The translations under genes were made by a program, and so were the position numbers. Positions 48,191 through 58,390 of a stretch of 64,000 nucleotides of DNA are shown one piece after another. Every line of letters starts with the position of its first letter. Position 1 is the stretch's first letter. The stretch lies in IMG/VR virus record IMGVR_UViG_3300025713_000004; one strand, given 5' to 3'. The DNA comes from a virus. Taxonomy: Duplodnaviria; Heunggongvirae; Uroviricota; Caudoviricetes. The notes under the pieces are model-generated. The model had not been told where the DNA came from and made no database searches. It saw only the letters and a program-made list of their open reading frames with translations.

Positions 48191-49101
48191 TTGTAATTAC
48201 TGGTGGTGATGGTTTTATTGGTAGAAATTTAGTGTTTGAATTTTCTATAACGAATAATAAATTACCAATTAAAATTCTTGATACTAAAAGAGAAAGTTTA
48301 AATGATATTTATATTTGGTTAACAAATAATGCTAGTAGTATTAAAACTATTATTCATTTGGGTGCAATTACAGATACTACATTAGAAAATAGTGAACTTT
48401 TTTATGAATATAATTTAGGTATGTCTATGTTTATTTGGAAACTATGTTCTAAATATGATATAACATTAATTTATGCTAGTTCTGCTGCAACGTATGGTGA
48501 TGGTAGTTATGGTTTTGATGATAAATCGGATATTTGGAAATTAAAACCATTGAATTTATATGGTTGGTCAAAACATAATTTTGATTTATGGTCACAATTA
48601 GAACATAAATCACCTAAGAATTGGTATGGTTTGAAGTTTTTTAATGTGTATGGTAAATTTGAAGAATATAAACTTAGAATGTCTTCAATGATATATCAAA
48701 TATATAATCAAATTATTGATAATGGGTATGTAAAATTATTTAAATCAAACACATTTAATATTTTGGATGGTGAACAGAAAAGAGATTTTATTCATATTGA
48801 TGATGTTGTAAATGTTATAATATTTTTAATAAATAGATTACCAAAATCAGGTATTTATAATGTTGGAACAGGAATTGCAAGGTCGTTTAATGATATTGCT
48901 AATATTATTTTTCACAATTTAGGAATACCACCTAATATTAAGTATATTGATATTCCAGATAGTATATCAGATAAATATCAAAATTTTACAGAAGCAAAAA
49001 TTGATAAATTAAAAGAAATTGGTTATTCTATTAAATTTAAGAGTTTAGAATATGGAATTAGTGAATATTTAAAATATTTAAATTATTTAAAAAAATGGTA
49101 A
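48187..49101 (+). CDS. hldD: ADP-L-glycero-D-manno-heptose-6-epimerase (HldD/RfaD-like short-chain dehydrogenase)
   Basis: The N-terminus MIVITGGDGFIGRNLV matches HldD MIIVTGGAGFIGSNIV. YGWSKHNFD is the catalytic YxxxK region (HldD YGYSKFLFD). The 304-aa length is typical. Confidence 0.7.
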   Translation: MIVITGGDGFIGRNLVFEFSITNNKLPIKILDTKRESLNDIYIWLTNNASSIKTIIHLGAITDTTLENSELFYEYNLGMSMFIWKLCSKYDITLIYASSAATYGDGSYGFDDKSDIWKLKPLNLYGWSKHNFDLWSQLEHKSPKNWYGLKFFNVYGKFEEYKLRMSSMIYQIYNQIIDNGYVKLFKSNTFNILDGEQKRDFIHIDDVVNVIIFLINRLPKSGIYNVGTGIARSFNDIANIIFHNLGIPPNIKYIDIPDSISDKYQNFTEAKIDKLKEIGYSIKFKSLEYGISEYLKYLNYLKKW

Positions 49102-49736
49102 AGATTGGTAATATTATTTATGAAGATGAATTGGTAAATCATATTATGGTTGATTATGTTAACTACATAAAAGAACCAATTGAATATTCAATTATTGATA
49201 AATCTTTACCAACATTATACGTTGGATGGAATTTTATGAAATCAACAAATCAAGATAATGAAATTATACAAAATGCCGATATTCTAAAAAAGAAAATAAT
49301 AACCAATGAACTGTATTGGGAATTTTCTTTTAATGAGAATAAATCATCACACATTAAAGGTATTGAGAAATTTATAAATTTATTACCAGAATTTTATTTT
49401 TCACCAAAATATATGTATGTTGATTTAGACCCTGTTTTTTTCCATTTAAGAAATGTTGAAGATTTAATGGATGTATTACCAAAAACAATAGATTTGTTTT
49501 ATCAGTATAAAGATGAAATAATTTATGTATTATTTGATAATAAAATATGGGGTATTAATTTAAATATTTATAAGTTTTTTCAATTTGATGTTGAATTATT
49601 AAATACTTCTATTTCTAATAGATGTTATAAGTATGGTTATTATGATGTTGATGGTGAAATTTATAATAAATATAAAAAACTACTTCCTGATTTTACCAAA
49701 TTAAAAAGATATATAGTTACAATATTATCAAAATGA
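49095..49736 (+). CDS. hypothetical protein
   Basis: A 213-aa ORF, last in the plus-strand sugar block. It could be a transferase but has no motif I recognise. Confidence 0.4.
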   Translation: MVKIGNIIYEDELVNHIMVDYVNYIKEPIEYSIIDKSLPTLYVGWNFMKSTNQDNEIIQNADILKKKIITNELYWEFSFNENKSSHIKGIEKFINLLPEFYFSPKYMYVDLDPVFFHLRNVEDLMDVLPKTIDLFYQYKDEIIYVLFDNKIWGINLNIYKFFQFDVELLNTSISNRCYKYGYYDVDGEIYNKYKKLLPDFTKLKRYIVTILSK

Positions 49737-49962
49737 ATGTTAAGTAGTATTTATAATAAATAAATTATAAATGCTATGGAAAATAAAATTGATAAAGTAA
49801 TTGACGATTTTATTGATAATGAAAATCAAGAAACCCAAAATAAAGAATTTAATAAAAGGGTTATAAAAAAAAGTGATAATTCTATTATTGAACGTCTTGA
49901 TAAAATCATTATTGCAGAAAATGGTAAACAATTACTAAGAGAGGTTTATTAATAACATTCAT

Positions 49963-50667
49963 ATGAAAAAAAATATTAGTTTAAATCCAATAGATAAGCA
50001 TTTGGATAGAATAAAATATGTTGTAGATTATAAAATTAACGAATCTGCTAGATATATACCAATTAGTAATTTAGATGAATTTGACGAAATTCCAAATACT
50101 AATGAAGCGGATGATGTTGTAAATGATGATAATTTAGAAAAAAAACCAAAAATTAATAATCCTGAAAAACAAGAGGATGATACTGGTGGAGTTCCAGCAG
50201 AAACGCCAATACCTTCATTTGATGCAGAAAATCCCAATGAAAATCCAAATAATGAATTAAATAATGAACCTGTAAATGAACCTCAAGAAAATGTTGATAA
50301 TATTCAAAATGATATTATTAGACATAATATTGAAGCCATGAAAACTATTCATAGTGAATTGGAAAATCTTAACAATATGGTTCAATCGTTAAATTCAAAA
50401 TTGGATGTTTTAAATTCTGATGTGGAAGAAGTTCGTGAACCATCAACCGTTGAAAAATTAACATCAAGAAAAAATGTTAGTTATCCATATTATTTTAATT
50501 TAAACGATATGTGGAGTAATAATTGGTTTAATAATAAATATAATACTGGTGATAATATGGAAAATGGTGTTAGAGAATTACCTGATGGTACTTTTATTGC
50601 AGATTTTGATGATTTACCACAAAAATCAAGAATTGATATAAAAAATAGTTTTACTGAAATTGATTAG
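49963..50667 (+). CDS. hypothetical acidic coiled-coil protein
   Basis: A 234-aa protein with a central Pro/Glu/Asn-rich acidic stretch and coiled-coil segments. Confidence 0.4.
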   Translation: MKKNISLNPIDKHLDRIKYVVDYKINESARYIPISNLDEFDEIPNTNEADDVVNDDNLEKKPKINNPEKQEDDTGGVPAETPIPSFDAENPNENPNNELNNEPVNEPQENVDNIQNDIIRHNIEAMKTIHSELENLNNMVQSLNSKLDVLNSDVEEVREPSTVEKLTSRKNVSYPYYFNLNDMWSNNWFNNKYNTGDNMENGVRELPDGTFIADFDDLPQKSRIDIKNSFTEID

Positions 50668-50669
50668 TG

Positions 50670-51116
50670 ATGGTGTTAAAAGGAAATCAACATAGTAAAG
50701 AAAGATTTTTTGATTTATTTAAAAAAGTTAATTATATTAATGAATCTAAATTATCACCAGAAAAAAAAATGAAAATCCTTAATGATTTTGTGAATTTTGT
50801 TGGAAATAAATTGGATATTATGGATAATTTACCAAATATAAAAATATCTAATGATGATTTTGCAGCAAAAAAAATGAAATCATTTGGTAAATATACACCA
50901 GATTTAAAAGAAATTGTTGTTGTAATGGTAAATAGAAATTTGGCAGATGTTTTAAGAACATTAGCACATGAAATAGTCCATCATAAACAGAATTTAGAAA
51001 ATAAATTAGATGTTAATTCAAATGATGATGGTAGTGATATTGAAAATGAAGCCAATGCATTAGCAGCAGTTTTTATGAGAGAATATGGTAAAAATAATCC
51101 TATAATATTTGAATAA
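50670..51116 (+). CDS. ImmA/IrrE-family (COG2856-like) HExxH metallopeptidase domain protein with a conserved N-terminal leader
   Basis: LAHEIVHHKQN...ENEANALAAVFM matches the ImmA/IrrE signature (HE..H...E.EAN.FA..F). The ORF track begins at a GTG at 50667, and the first ATG is at 50670. The N-terminal 30 aa are paralogous to the start of the next gene. Confidence 0.5.
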   Translation: MVLKGNQHSKERFFDLFKKVNYINESKLSPEKKMKILNDFVNFVGNKLDIMDNLPNIKISNDDFAAKKMKSFGKYTPDLKEIVVVMVNRNLADVLRTLAHEIVHHKQNLENKLDVNSNDDGSDIENEANALAAVFMREYGKNNPIIFE

Positions 51117-51118
51117 TT

Positions 51119-53194
51119 ATGAGAGTTTTTAGTCCAATTGGTAGTAAAGAAAGATTATTTGAAATGCTTCAAAGAGTAAATAAAATTACTTTAAATGAGG
51201 AAAATATAATAAATAATCCAATAGAAAATTTAAAAATAGTATTCAATCAACTACTTAATGATGAAATTGAAATTAAAAGAATAACAAATGATATTGAATC
51301 AAATGAATGTTATACAACAATTGATTGTTTAGGTGAAAATAATAGAGAAATTAATTTTGTTTTCAAAAGTGAATTTATTGAAAGGGAAACTGATGGTGTA
51401 ATTGAAATTGAAGATTCAAAATTAATTAATTTTTTTATGGGCAATGATGGTGATTCATTAAACATTGATGAAAACACACTAAAAGAATTTAATGATGATT
51501 ATAATACAGAAATTATTGATTTTATTTCTAATTATATTAATTTTGAAGATGATATGAAATCAAAGGTTGATGATTTGGATGAAGTTATTAAATTAATTGA
51601 TAATATTCCATATAAAAGAAGTACAGAAGAATTACAAAATCATAAATCCTATGTTGATGAAAAACCAACAAATCCGAATCTTAGAGTAAACTCACCCGAA
51701 TTAAATTCATATGTTACTGAAAATAATGATGATTTTGATGATGATTTTAATTATGATGATTTAGATGATGAAGATTTGGATGATGGATTAGATTATGATG
51801 ATAATTTTGGAAATAATTTAAATAATGATATTGATTTTGATGATGATTCCAATTTAGTAAATAAATATAGTGATAAGGATGCAATGAAGTATAAAGATTT
51901 AGAAAATGATTATGATGATGAAAACATATCTAATTTAGATTATGAAAATATGGAAAGTTCATCAGAAGATGATGAATTATATAATAAAGCATTTGATAAT
52001 TTAATGATGAAAAATAAAACACAAAAAAATCCAAATTATTTTCCGTCAAAATCTGAAGTTGAAAGAGAAGTAAATAGAATTTCTAATTTAAATAAAGAAC
52101 CCGAAAAAAGAAAAAAAGGAATGAGAATGGCTAAAAATAAAACACGTGTATATCCATCATGGGCTGATAATTATTTAAGTGAAAATAAATTAAAAAACAC
52201 AAATGTTGATTATATTGAATGGAAGTATTTTAATTCAACTAGTGATGAATTTAAAACGTTTTTAATAAAAAGAGCAGATAATATAATCACTAATAAATAT
52301 GGTATTAATAAATTCAAAATACCAAAAGAAAAATATCATAATTTGATAAGAGATTTAGTCGTTGTATTATTTAAAGAACATATAAGAAGTATGAATGAAT
52401 CTGAAGATGATGTCATTAAGAATGCTGAAGATAATGAAAATCTTAATATTGGTGATGTTGTTGAAGTAAATGGAATAGAAGGTACATTTCAAATAGGTGT
52501 TTTAGCAAGAGAAGGTAAACCTTTTATAATGCCTTTTGATATGAATACAAAAAAACCATATACAAGATTTAGAATATATCTATTTTCATTGAAAGATACT
52601 AACATGAAAAGAATTATGAGGTTTTCAGAAACTGATGGTGGTTTTATTATTGAATCAGAAGAAGAAATTGAAACAACTGAAAAAAATAATTTAGATATTG
52701 AAAATCTTGCAAAAAAAAGGGATGAAATCGGTGACCAAATTGAAGGTGGTCTTGGTGATGATAAGTCACCATTGGAATTTGACCCAGAACAAATTAAATT
52801 GGGAATGAAGGTTGAAATGGAACATACTAATGACCCTATGATTGCATTGGAAATAGCATTAGACCATTTAACTGAAGACCCTAAATATTATACTGTTAAA
52901 GAAGACCCAGAAATAAGCGCACAATTTAATGCAAGTAAGGAAGCAAGTGAATATGATAATGAAAAGGAATTGGTAGATGAATTGTTGGGTTATAAGCCAA
53001 TAAATGTTGGTGATTTAACTGAAGAAATTGTTGGTTCTGATAATGCAAAATCGGTTGTGGGTGGTCAAAGTTCTGATAATAATGATGATGAAATAAAAAA
53101 ATATCAGGAATATGAAAAGAAAGATTTTAATAGTTTAAGGGATGATGAAAAAGAAGAATTTTTTGAATTATGGAAAAAATATAGAGAAAAATAA
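51119..53194 (+). CDS. large acidic protein (691 aa) sharing the N-terminal leader of the preceding peptidase
   Basis: Its start (...GSKERLFEMLQRVNKITLNEENI) parallels the start of the 50670 gene (...HSKERFFDLFKKVNYINESKLSPE). It has long Asp/Asn acidic tracts (DDFDDDFNYDDLDDEDLDDGLDYDD) and a conserved C-terminal block LGMKVEMEHTNDPMIALEIALDHLTEDPKYY. Confidence 0.5.
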   Translation: MRVFSPIGSKERLFEMLQRVNKITLNEENIINNPIENLKIVFNQLLNDEIEIKRITNDIESNECYTTIDCLGENNREINFVFKSEFIERETDGVIEIEDSKLINFFMGNDGDSLNIDENTLKEFNDDYNTEIIDFISNYINFEDDMKSKVDDLDEVIKLIDNIPYKRSTEELQNHKSYVDEKPTNPNLRVNSPELNSYVTENNDDFDDDFNYDDLDDEDLDDGLDYDDNFGNNLNNDIDFDDDSNLVNKYSDKDAMKYKDLENDYDDENISNLDYENMESSSEDDELYNKAFDNLMMKNKTQKNPNYFPSKSEVEREVNRISNLNKEPEKRKKGMRMAKNKTRVYPSWADNYLSENKLKNTNVDYIEWKYFNSTSDEFKTFLIKRADNIITNKYGINKFKIPKEKYHNLIRDLVVVLFKEHIRSMNESEDDVIKNAEDNENLNIGDVVEVNGIEGTFQIGVLAREGKPFIMPFDMNTKKPYTRFRIYLFSLKDTNMKRIMRFSETDGGFIIESEEEIETTEKNNLDIENLAKKRDEIGDQIEGGLGDDKSPLEFDPEQIKLGMKVEMEHTNDPMIALEIALDHLTEDPKYYTVKEDPEISAQFNASKEASEYDNEKELVDELLGYKPINVGDLTEEIVGSDNAKSVVGGQSSDNNDDEIKKYQEYEKKDFNSLRDDEKEEFFELWKKYREK

Positions 53195-53220
53195 ATTTAA
53201 ATAATATTTCTTTTTTGAAA

Positions 53221-53250
53221 AAGGACTACTTATTGTAGTCTTTTTTTGTT
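53221..53250 (+). terminator. rho-independent terminator
   Basis: aaggactac-ttatt-gtagtcttt is followed by TTTTTTTG. Confidence 0.6.
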
Positions 53251-53294
53251 GTTGTTGAAAATATTACTATTTATATTAGAATAAATTTATCATT

Positions 53295-54710
53295 ATGAGT
53301 AGAATTAGAAGTTATTTTAAAAAGTCAAATACTTTAATAACAAATAATACAACAAATAATTCTCAAAATCCTGTTACCGAAATATCATATGGTACTTATG
53401 ATGGTTGTGTTAGTAGATATATTTTTGATATTGATTTTTCTTTATTAAGAAAAAGAATAGAAAGGGGTATTATTATTCAAAACAATATTAAAAAACATAT
53501 TTTACACATGACAAATACAATTGGTAGGGATTTAAAATATGTTGGAAAAAAATCATATTCGGAAATGATTGAAAGAGCAAGTAGTTTTGAATTGGAAGTT
53601 TTTAATCTTTCTGAAGATTGGGATGAAGGAAATGGTTATGATTTATTATATGATGATACATTTGCTGATAAATCATCAAAACATGCATCCAATTGGTTTA
53701 ATAGAAAAACAAATTTATTTTGGAATGTAGATGGTGTTTATTCAACTGGTAATACTGAAATTATTGGAAATCAAAGATTTGAAAAGGGTAATGAAAATAT
53801 TGAAATTGATATTACTGATTATGTAAACCAAAGATTATTTGAAAATGAATATAGTGGTAATACTGTTTTTAGTGGTGATTCTTTTGGTTTAGGGATTAAG
53901 TTTTTAGACTTATATGAATCTTTGGAAACAGATTTTAGACATGCAGTTGCTTTTCATACAAATAAAACAAACACGTGGTATGAACCGTATGTTGAAACAA
54001 TTTATGATGATATCATATTAGATGATAGAAATTATTTTTATTTAGATAAAAAAAATAGATTATATTTATATACAAATTCTATTAGTATTTTAAATAATAA
54101 TGAAATTATTGTTAATCATGTAAATATATATGATAATAATAATAATTTTATTGAAACCATTAGTGGTGATTCAATTACGAATGTTGGTAATGGAATTTAT
54201 TTTGTTGAATATAAAATAAATTCAAATGAATATCCTGATAGTGTTTTATTTGTAGATGAATGGAATTTAACAATGAATGGAGTTGAAAGTAATTATTATA
54301 GTAAATTTTATTTGATATCACCAGAAAAATATTTTATAATTAATGAAGAATCACAACTAAATTTAGAAAATTATCATTTTAATTTTTGGGGAATTAAAGA
54401 ATCTGAACAAATAAAATCTGGTGATATAAGGAAAATAAAAATATCGGTTAAAGAATTGTATACAAACCAAAACAATTTTATTCCATTAAATATTGAATAT
54501 AGAGTATATATAAAAATTAGTGATGGATATGAAATTGATGTAATACCATTTACTAGTGTAAATAGAACCAAATTTGGATATTATTTTAATTTAGATACAT
54601 CGTGGTTAATACCACAAGTTTATTATATTCAAATTAAGTTAAAATCGGGCGAATATTTTGATATAAAACAACCATTATCGTTTGAAATAGTAAATGATGG
54701 ATTTTTTTAA
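53295..54710 (+). CDS. hypothetical protein with beta-sandwich (DNRLRE/CBM-like) sequence features
   Basis: The 471-aa protein has segments ELEVFNLSEDWDEGNGYD and NIEIDITDYVNQ, which resemble the W.E..(V)TW and W..FDVT strands of DNRLRE-type carbohydrate-binding-like domains. The call is low-confidence. Confidence 0.4.
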   Translation: MSRIRSYFKKSNTLITNNTTNNSQNPVTEISYGTYDGCVSRYIFDIDFSLLRKRIERGIIIQNNIKKHILHMTNTIGRDLKYVGKKSYSEMIERASSFELEVFNLSEDWDEGNGYDLLYDDTFADKSSKHASNWFNRKTNLFWNVDGVYSTGNTEIIGNQRFEKGNENIEIDITDYVNQRLFENEYSGNTVFSGDSFGLGIKFLDLYESLETDFRHAVAFHTNKTNTWYEPYVETIYDDIILDDRNYFYLDKKNRLYLYTNSISILNNNEIIVNHVNIYDNNNNFIETISGDSITNVGNGIYFVEYKINSNEYPDSVLFVDEWNLTMNGVESNYYSKFYLISPEKYFIINEESQLNLENYHFNFWGIKESEQIKSGDIRKIKISVKELYTNQNNFIPLNIEYRVYIKISDGYEIDVIPFTSVNRTKFGYYFNLDTSWLIPQVYYIQIKLKSGEYFDIKQPLSFEIVNDGFF

Positions 54711-54815
54711 TTATTAGTTGAATTTATTTGTATATTTGAAAAAACTGAAATATATTTGTATTGTAATTTAATTTTAATTGTAAAAATAATAACTGTAACT
54801 TAAAAAACTGAAATT

Positions 54816-56072
54816 ATGAGTAATGTAACTGAAGGAAAATCACCACAAGGTGGTGATTTATCACAACTGAAAAAAATGTTTGCTGACTATCAAAAAAAAC
54901 AATCACAAGCAAACAAAAAAACATCATCCCGTGAAAATATTCTTGCTAAGTATTTTGTGCCTAGAAATACGAAAGAAACGTTTAGAATATTACCACCAAA
55001 ACAAGGTAGAAAACATATTGAAGAAGCCTATTTTCATGTTGTTACTACAAACATTGCGGGTGGTGTAAAAAAGCATGGTACAATTCTTTATTGTCCTGCA
55101 CACAATGACCCTAGAGTTCCAAAAATTGGTAGTGATGGTAAACCTATGTTAGACCAAAACAATAATCCAATTTTAGTTCCAGCACCATGTCCTCTATGTG
55201 CAAAGTATAAAAAACTATTATCACAACAAGACCCATCATTAATTGGTGTTAAGAAAGAGGAAATGAATGATGTTCAAAAAAGAATAAAGGCAAAAAACGA
55301 TGAAATATATAAAGAAGCCATTAAATGGGAAGCAAAGAAATTTTATATAATTCGTGGTATTGATAAAGGTGCTGAAAAGGATGGTGTTAAATTTTGGAGA
55401 TTTAAACACAATTATAAAAATCAAGGAACTCTTGATAAACTACTTCCAATTTTAGAAGATTATATGATGATGAATCAAGCAGATTTTTCAGACCCATATA
55501 ATGGAACTGATTTAAATATTATAATGACTGATAGTGAATTTAATGGTCGTGTTTATAAGGCAATATCAGCAATTACAGCAAGAGGAAAATCTAAATTATC
55601 ACAAGACCCTCTTGTGATGAAACAATGGCTTGATGATGATATTAGTTGGAGAGATGTTTTCTTACCAAAGAAAGCACCAAATATAACACCATTTGAATTT
55701 TTAGAAATGGTTGTAAGTGGTACTAATCCATATTGGGATGATACTGATGCAAAAAATAAACGTTGGGTATTTCCAAATAGACCTGATTTGGAAGAATTAG
55801 CAAATACACGTAAAATGAATTTAGATTCAACTGAAGATGATAATTTTGAATATGCTTCTGATTTAGAGGATGTTGAATATCCACGTGTAACAATAAGCAA
55901 TATAACCGAATCTGATGTTGGAACATATGATGATGATGCTACTGATTTAGGTAGTGATGTTATGGAAAATGAAGATGATTTGAATGAGAATGATTCAAAT
56001 GATGATTCAGAAATAAGTGATTTTTCTGATTATGATATGGATTCTGATGATTATGATGATTTACCATTTTAA
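54816..56072 (+). CDS. single-stranded DNA-binding protein, T4 gp32-like
   Basis: FRILPPKQGRKHIEEAYFHVVTTNIAGGVKKHGTILYCPAHNDP...CPLCAKY parallels gp32 [48 protein letters not shown], the zinc-binding ssDNA core. The C-terminal acidic tail (DDSEISDFSDYDMDSDDYDDLPF) resembles the gp32 interaction tail. Confidence 0.7.
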   Translation: MSNVTEGKSPQGGDLSQLKKMFADYQKKQSQANKKTSSRENILAKYFVPRNTKETFRILPPKQGRKHIEEAYFHVVTTNIAGGVKKHGTILYCPAHNDPRVPKIGSDGKPMLDQNNNPILVPAPCPLCAKYKKLLSQQDPSLIGVKKEEMNDVQKRIKAKNDEIYKEAIKWEAKKFYIIRGIDKGAEKDGVKFWRFKHNYKNQGTLDKLLPILEDYMMMNQADFSDPYNGTDLNIIMTDSEFNGRVYKAISAITARGKSKLSQDPLVMKQWLDDDISWRDVFLPKKAPNITPFEFLEMVVSGTNPYWDDTDAKNKRWVFPNRPDLEELANTRKMNLDSTEDDNFEYASDLEDVEYPRVTISNITESDVGTYDDDATDLGSDVMENEDDLNENDSNDDSEISDFSDYDMDSDDYDDLPF

Positions 56073-56081
56073 TTTATTTTT

Positions 56082-56128
56082 AAATCCAATTGGTGTTGAT
56101 TAAAATACCAATTGGATTTTTTTTTATT
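56082..56128 (+). terminator. rho-independent terminator after the SSB gene
   Basis: aaatccaattggt-gttgattaaaat-accaattggattt is followed by TTTTTTTT. Confidence 0.65.
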
Positions 56129-56152
56129 TAATTTTAATAAAATTTATATATA

Positions 56153-57295
56153 ATGAAAAACGATTCTTTAAATTTAGATAGTGATGGTATTCAAGGAAAT
56201 AAAAGAAAACCAACACCCAAAAAAACATTTTCTTTAGAGAACTTTAAGAAAAAGGCAAATGTTGAAGATGTACCCAATAAACCATTAGAATGGATTACTT
56301 TATCTTCAGGTTTTAAAAAAGCAACAGGTCTTCCTGGTGTAGCAAAGGGTTATGTTAATTTATTTCGTGGACATACAAATACAGGAAAGTCAACAGCAAT
56401 TTGTGAAACATTAGTTGAATCTCAAAAAATGGGAATTTTACCTATTCTAATAGATACAGAAAATAATATGGGTAAAGGTAATTATCGATTAAGTGAGTTG
56501 GGTTTTGATTTTGATAATTATATAAGAGTGGATAATGATTATCTTTTGACTGAATTTGGAAAAAAACAAAATAAAAATAGAAATGAAGCATCAATTGAAG
56601 ATTTAGCAAAATGTTTTTATTATTTTTTAGACATGCAAGAATCTGGTGAATTACCATACGATTTATTATTTGCAATTGATTCTATTGGTACATTAAATTG
56701 TATAAAAACAATTGATGCAGCAGAAAAAGACGATACACAAAACAATATGTGGAATGCTGGTGCATATGAAAAATCTTTTATGTATTTGTTAAATAATATA
56801 ATACCAAGTAGTAGAAAGGGTAATAGAAAATATACAAATACTGTAGCAGCAGTTCAAAAAATTTGGATTGATAATATGAATAAAGGTGTGGTAAAACATA
56901 AAGGTGGTGAAACTTGGTATTTAGGTTCTAGGTTAATATATCATTTTGGTGGAATTATTACACATGGAACTAAAGCAGCAGTTGCTGAGAGTAAAAAACG
57001 TGTTGTTTCATATGGTATTGATACAAAAATTGGTGTTGCAAAAAACCATATTGACGGTCCGTTGGGTGGTATATCAATGCAAGGTAGAATTGTTTCAACA
57101 CCATTGGGTTTTGTACATCCTGATGATATTCCTGATTTCAAGAAAAAACATATTCTTTATTTTAGAAATCTTTTTGGTGATGATTCTATTAATGAAAATG
57201 ATTTAGTTCTTTCAACAAAGAACATTGATGGGGAAGGAAAAATATCATTTGAAGATGATATTGTAGAACATATGGATTTTGAAGATGAAGATTAG
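56153..57295 (+). CDS. RecA-superfamily recombinase (UvsX/Sak4-like)
   Basis: WITLSSGFKKATGLPGVAKGYVNLFRGHTNTGKSTAICETLVES...ILPILIDTENNM parallels the layout of the UvsX/RecA N-terminal core (I.LSG...GG...G...LAG.SKSFKS......F.DSE.G). Confidence 0.5.
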   Translation: MKNDSLNLDSDGIQGNKRKPTPKKTFSLENFKKKANVEDVPNKPLEWITLSSGFKKATGLPGVAKGYVNLFRGHTNTGKSTAICETLVESQKMGILPILIDTENNMGKGNYRLSELGFDFDNYIRVDNDYLLTEFGKKQNKNRNEASIEDLAKCFYYFLDMQESGELPYDLLFAIDSIGTLNCIKTIDAAEKDDTQNNMWNAGAYEKSFMYLLNNIIPSSRKGNRKYTNTVAAVQKIWIDNMNKGVVKHKGGETWYLGSRLIYHFGGIITHGTKAAVAESKKRVVSYGIDTKIGVAKNHIDGPLGGISMQGRIVSTPLGFVHPDDIPDFKKKHILYFRNLFGDDSINENDLVLSTKNIDGEGKISFEDDIVEHMDFEDED

Positions 57296-58322
57296 GACAT
57301 TATTGGTTGATTCATCATACTTATTACAACGTTCATTTCACGGTGCAAGAGATACTTACACCGTGAAATTTGGACATATTGGTGGATTATATCAATTTTT
57401 AACAACTGTTCGTAAATTAATAAAAACACATAAAATTAATAAAGTTGTTTTAGTTTGGGATGGTGAAAATAGTGGAATATATAGACATAGAATTGATAGT
57501 AATTACAAATCGAATAGAAAAAACAAAGAATGGTATCGTAAAATTGAAATGAGTGATGTTGAAATAAAAAAAGAAAAAGAAAAAGAAGAATCAATATTAA
57601 AACAGAAAAAAAGAATACAAGCATATGCAGAAGAATTATTTTTAAGACAAATAGAAGTTGACGAAATAGAAGGTGATGATTTAATTGCAAAATATTGTAT
57701 TGAATATCATGATAAAGAAGAAATTTTATTATATTCAAATGACAAAGATTTTCTTCAATTATTAGATTTAAATATTTTAATTTTATTTCCAAATAAAGAA
57801 CAACCAATAAATAAAATTAATTATATTATGCACTTTAGTCATCATTATACAAATGCTTTAGTTTATAAAATAATTTGTGGCGATGCTTCAGATAATATAA
57901 AAGGTATTGATGGATTGGGTGAAAAAAGTTTATTGAAATATTTTCCAGAATTAAAATTTAAAAAATTGACTGTTCGTGAAATTTGTATTAAAGCAAAAGA
58001 ATTTAATGAAAATAGATTAAAAGAAAATAAAAAACCAATAAAGGCATTGGATAATTTATTGAACAATGTGAATAGATTAAAAACAAATTATAAATTAGTT
58101 AATTTAAAAAATCCAATACTTAATGAAAAAGCAAAGGAAGAATTATTACAATTAGAAGTACCATTATCTCCAGAAAATAGGGGGAGTAAAAATTTGTATA
58201 ATATGATGATTGAAGATGATTTTTTAAGTGTTTATGGTAGCACTTTTCCTAATTACGTTGAACCGTTTTATACTGTAATTATGAATGAAAAAAAATTATT
58301 AACTGAATATTATAAAAAATAA
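57279..58322 (+). CDS. 5'-3' exonuclease / flap endonuclease (T4 RNase H-like)
   Basis: The N-terminal metal-binding start TLLVDSSYLLQRSF is typical of 5'-nuclease/FEN and Pol I 5'-exo proteins. The H3TH-region motif is GDASDNIKGIDGLGEKS (compare GDxSDNIPGVxGIGxKTA). Confidence 0.7.
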   Translation: MKMKIRTLLVDSSYLLQRSFHGARDTYTVKFGHIGGLYQFLTTVRKLIKTHKINKVVLVWDGENSGIYRHRIDSNYKSNRKNKEWYRKIEMSDVEIKKEKEKEESILKQKKRIQAYAEELFLRQIEVDEIEGDDLIAKYCIEYHDKEEILLYSNDKDFLQLLDLNILILFPNKEQPINKINYIMHFSHHYTNALVYKIICGDASDNIKGIDGLGEKSLLKYFPELKFKKLTVREICIKAKEFNENRLKENKKPIKALDNLLNNVNRLKTNYKLVNLKNPILNEKAKEELLQLEVPLSPENRGSKNLYNMMIEDDFLSVYGSTFPNYVEPFYTVIMNEKKLLTEYYKK

Positions 58323-58390
58323 TATTTTTTTTGTTTATTATTAAAATATAATATATTTTTATACAATAAAACTTTTTAAATTATACGAAA

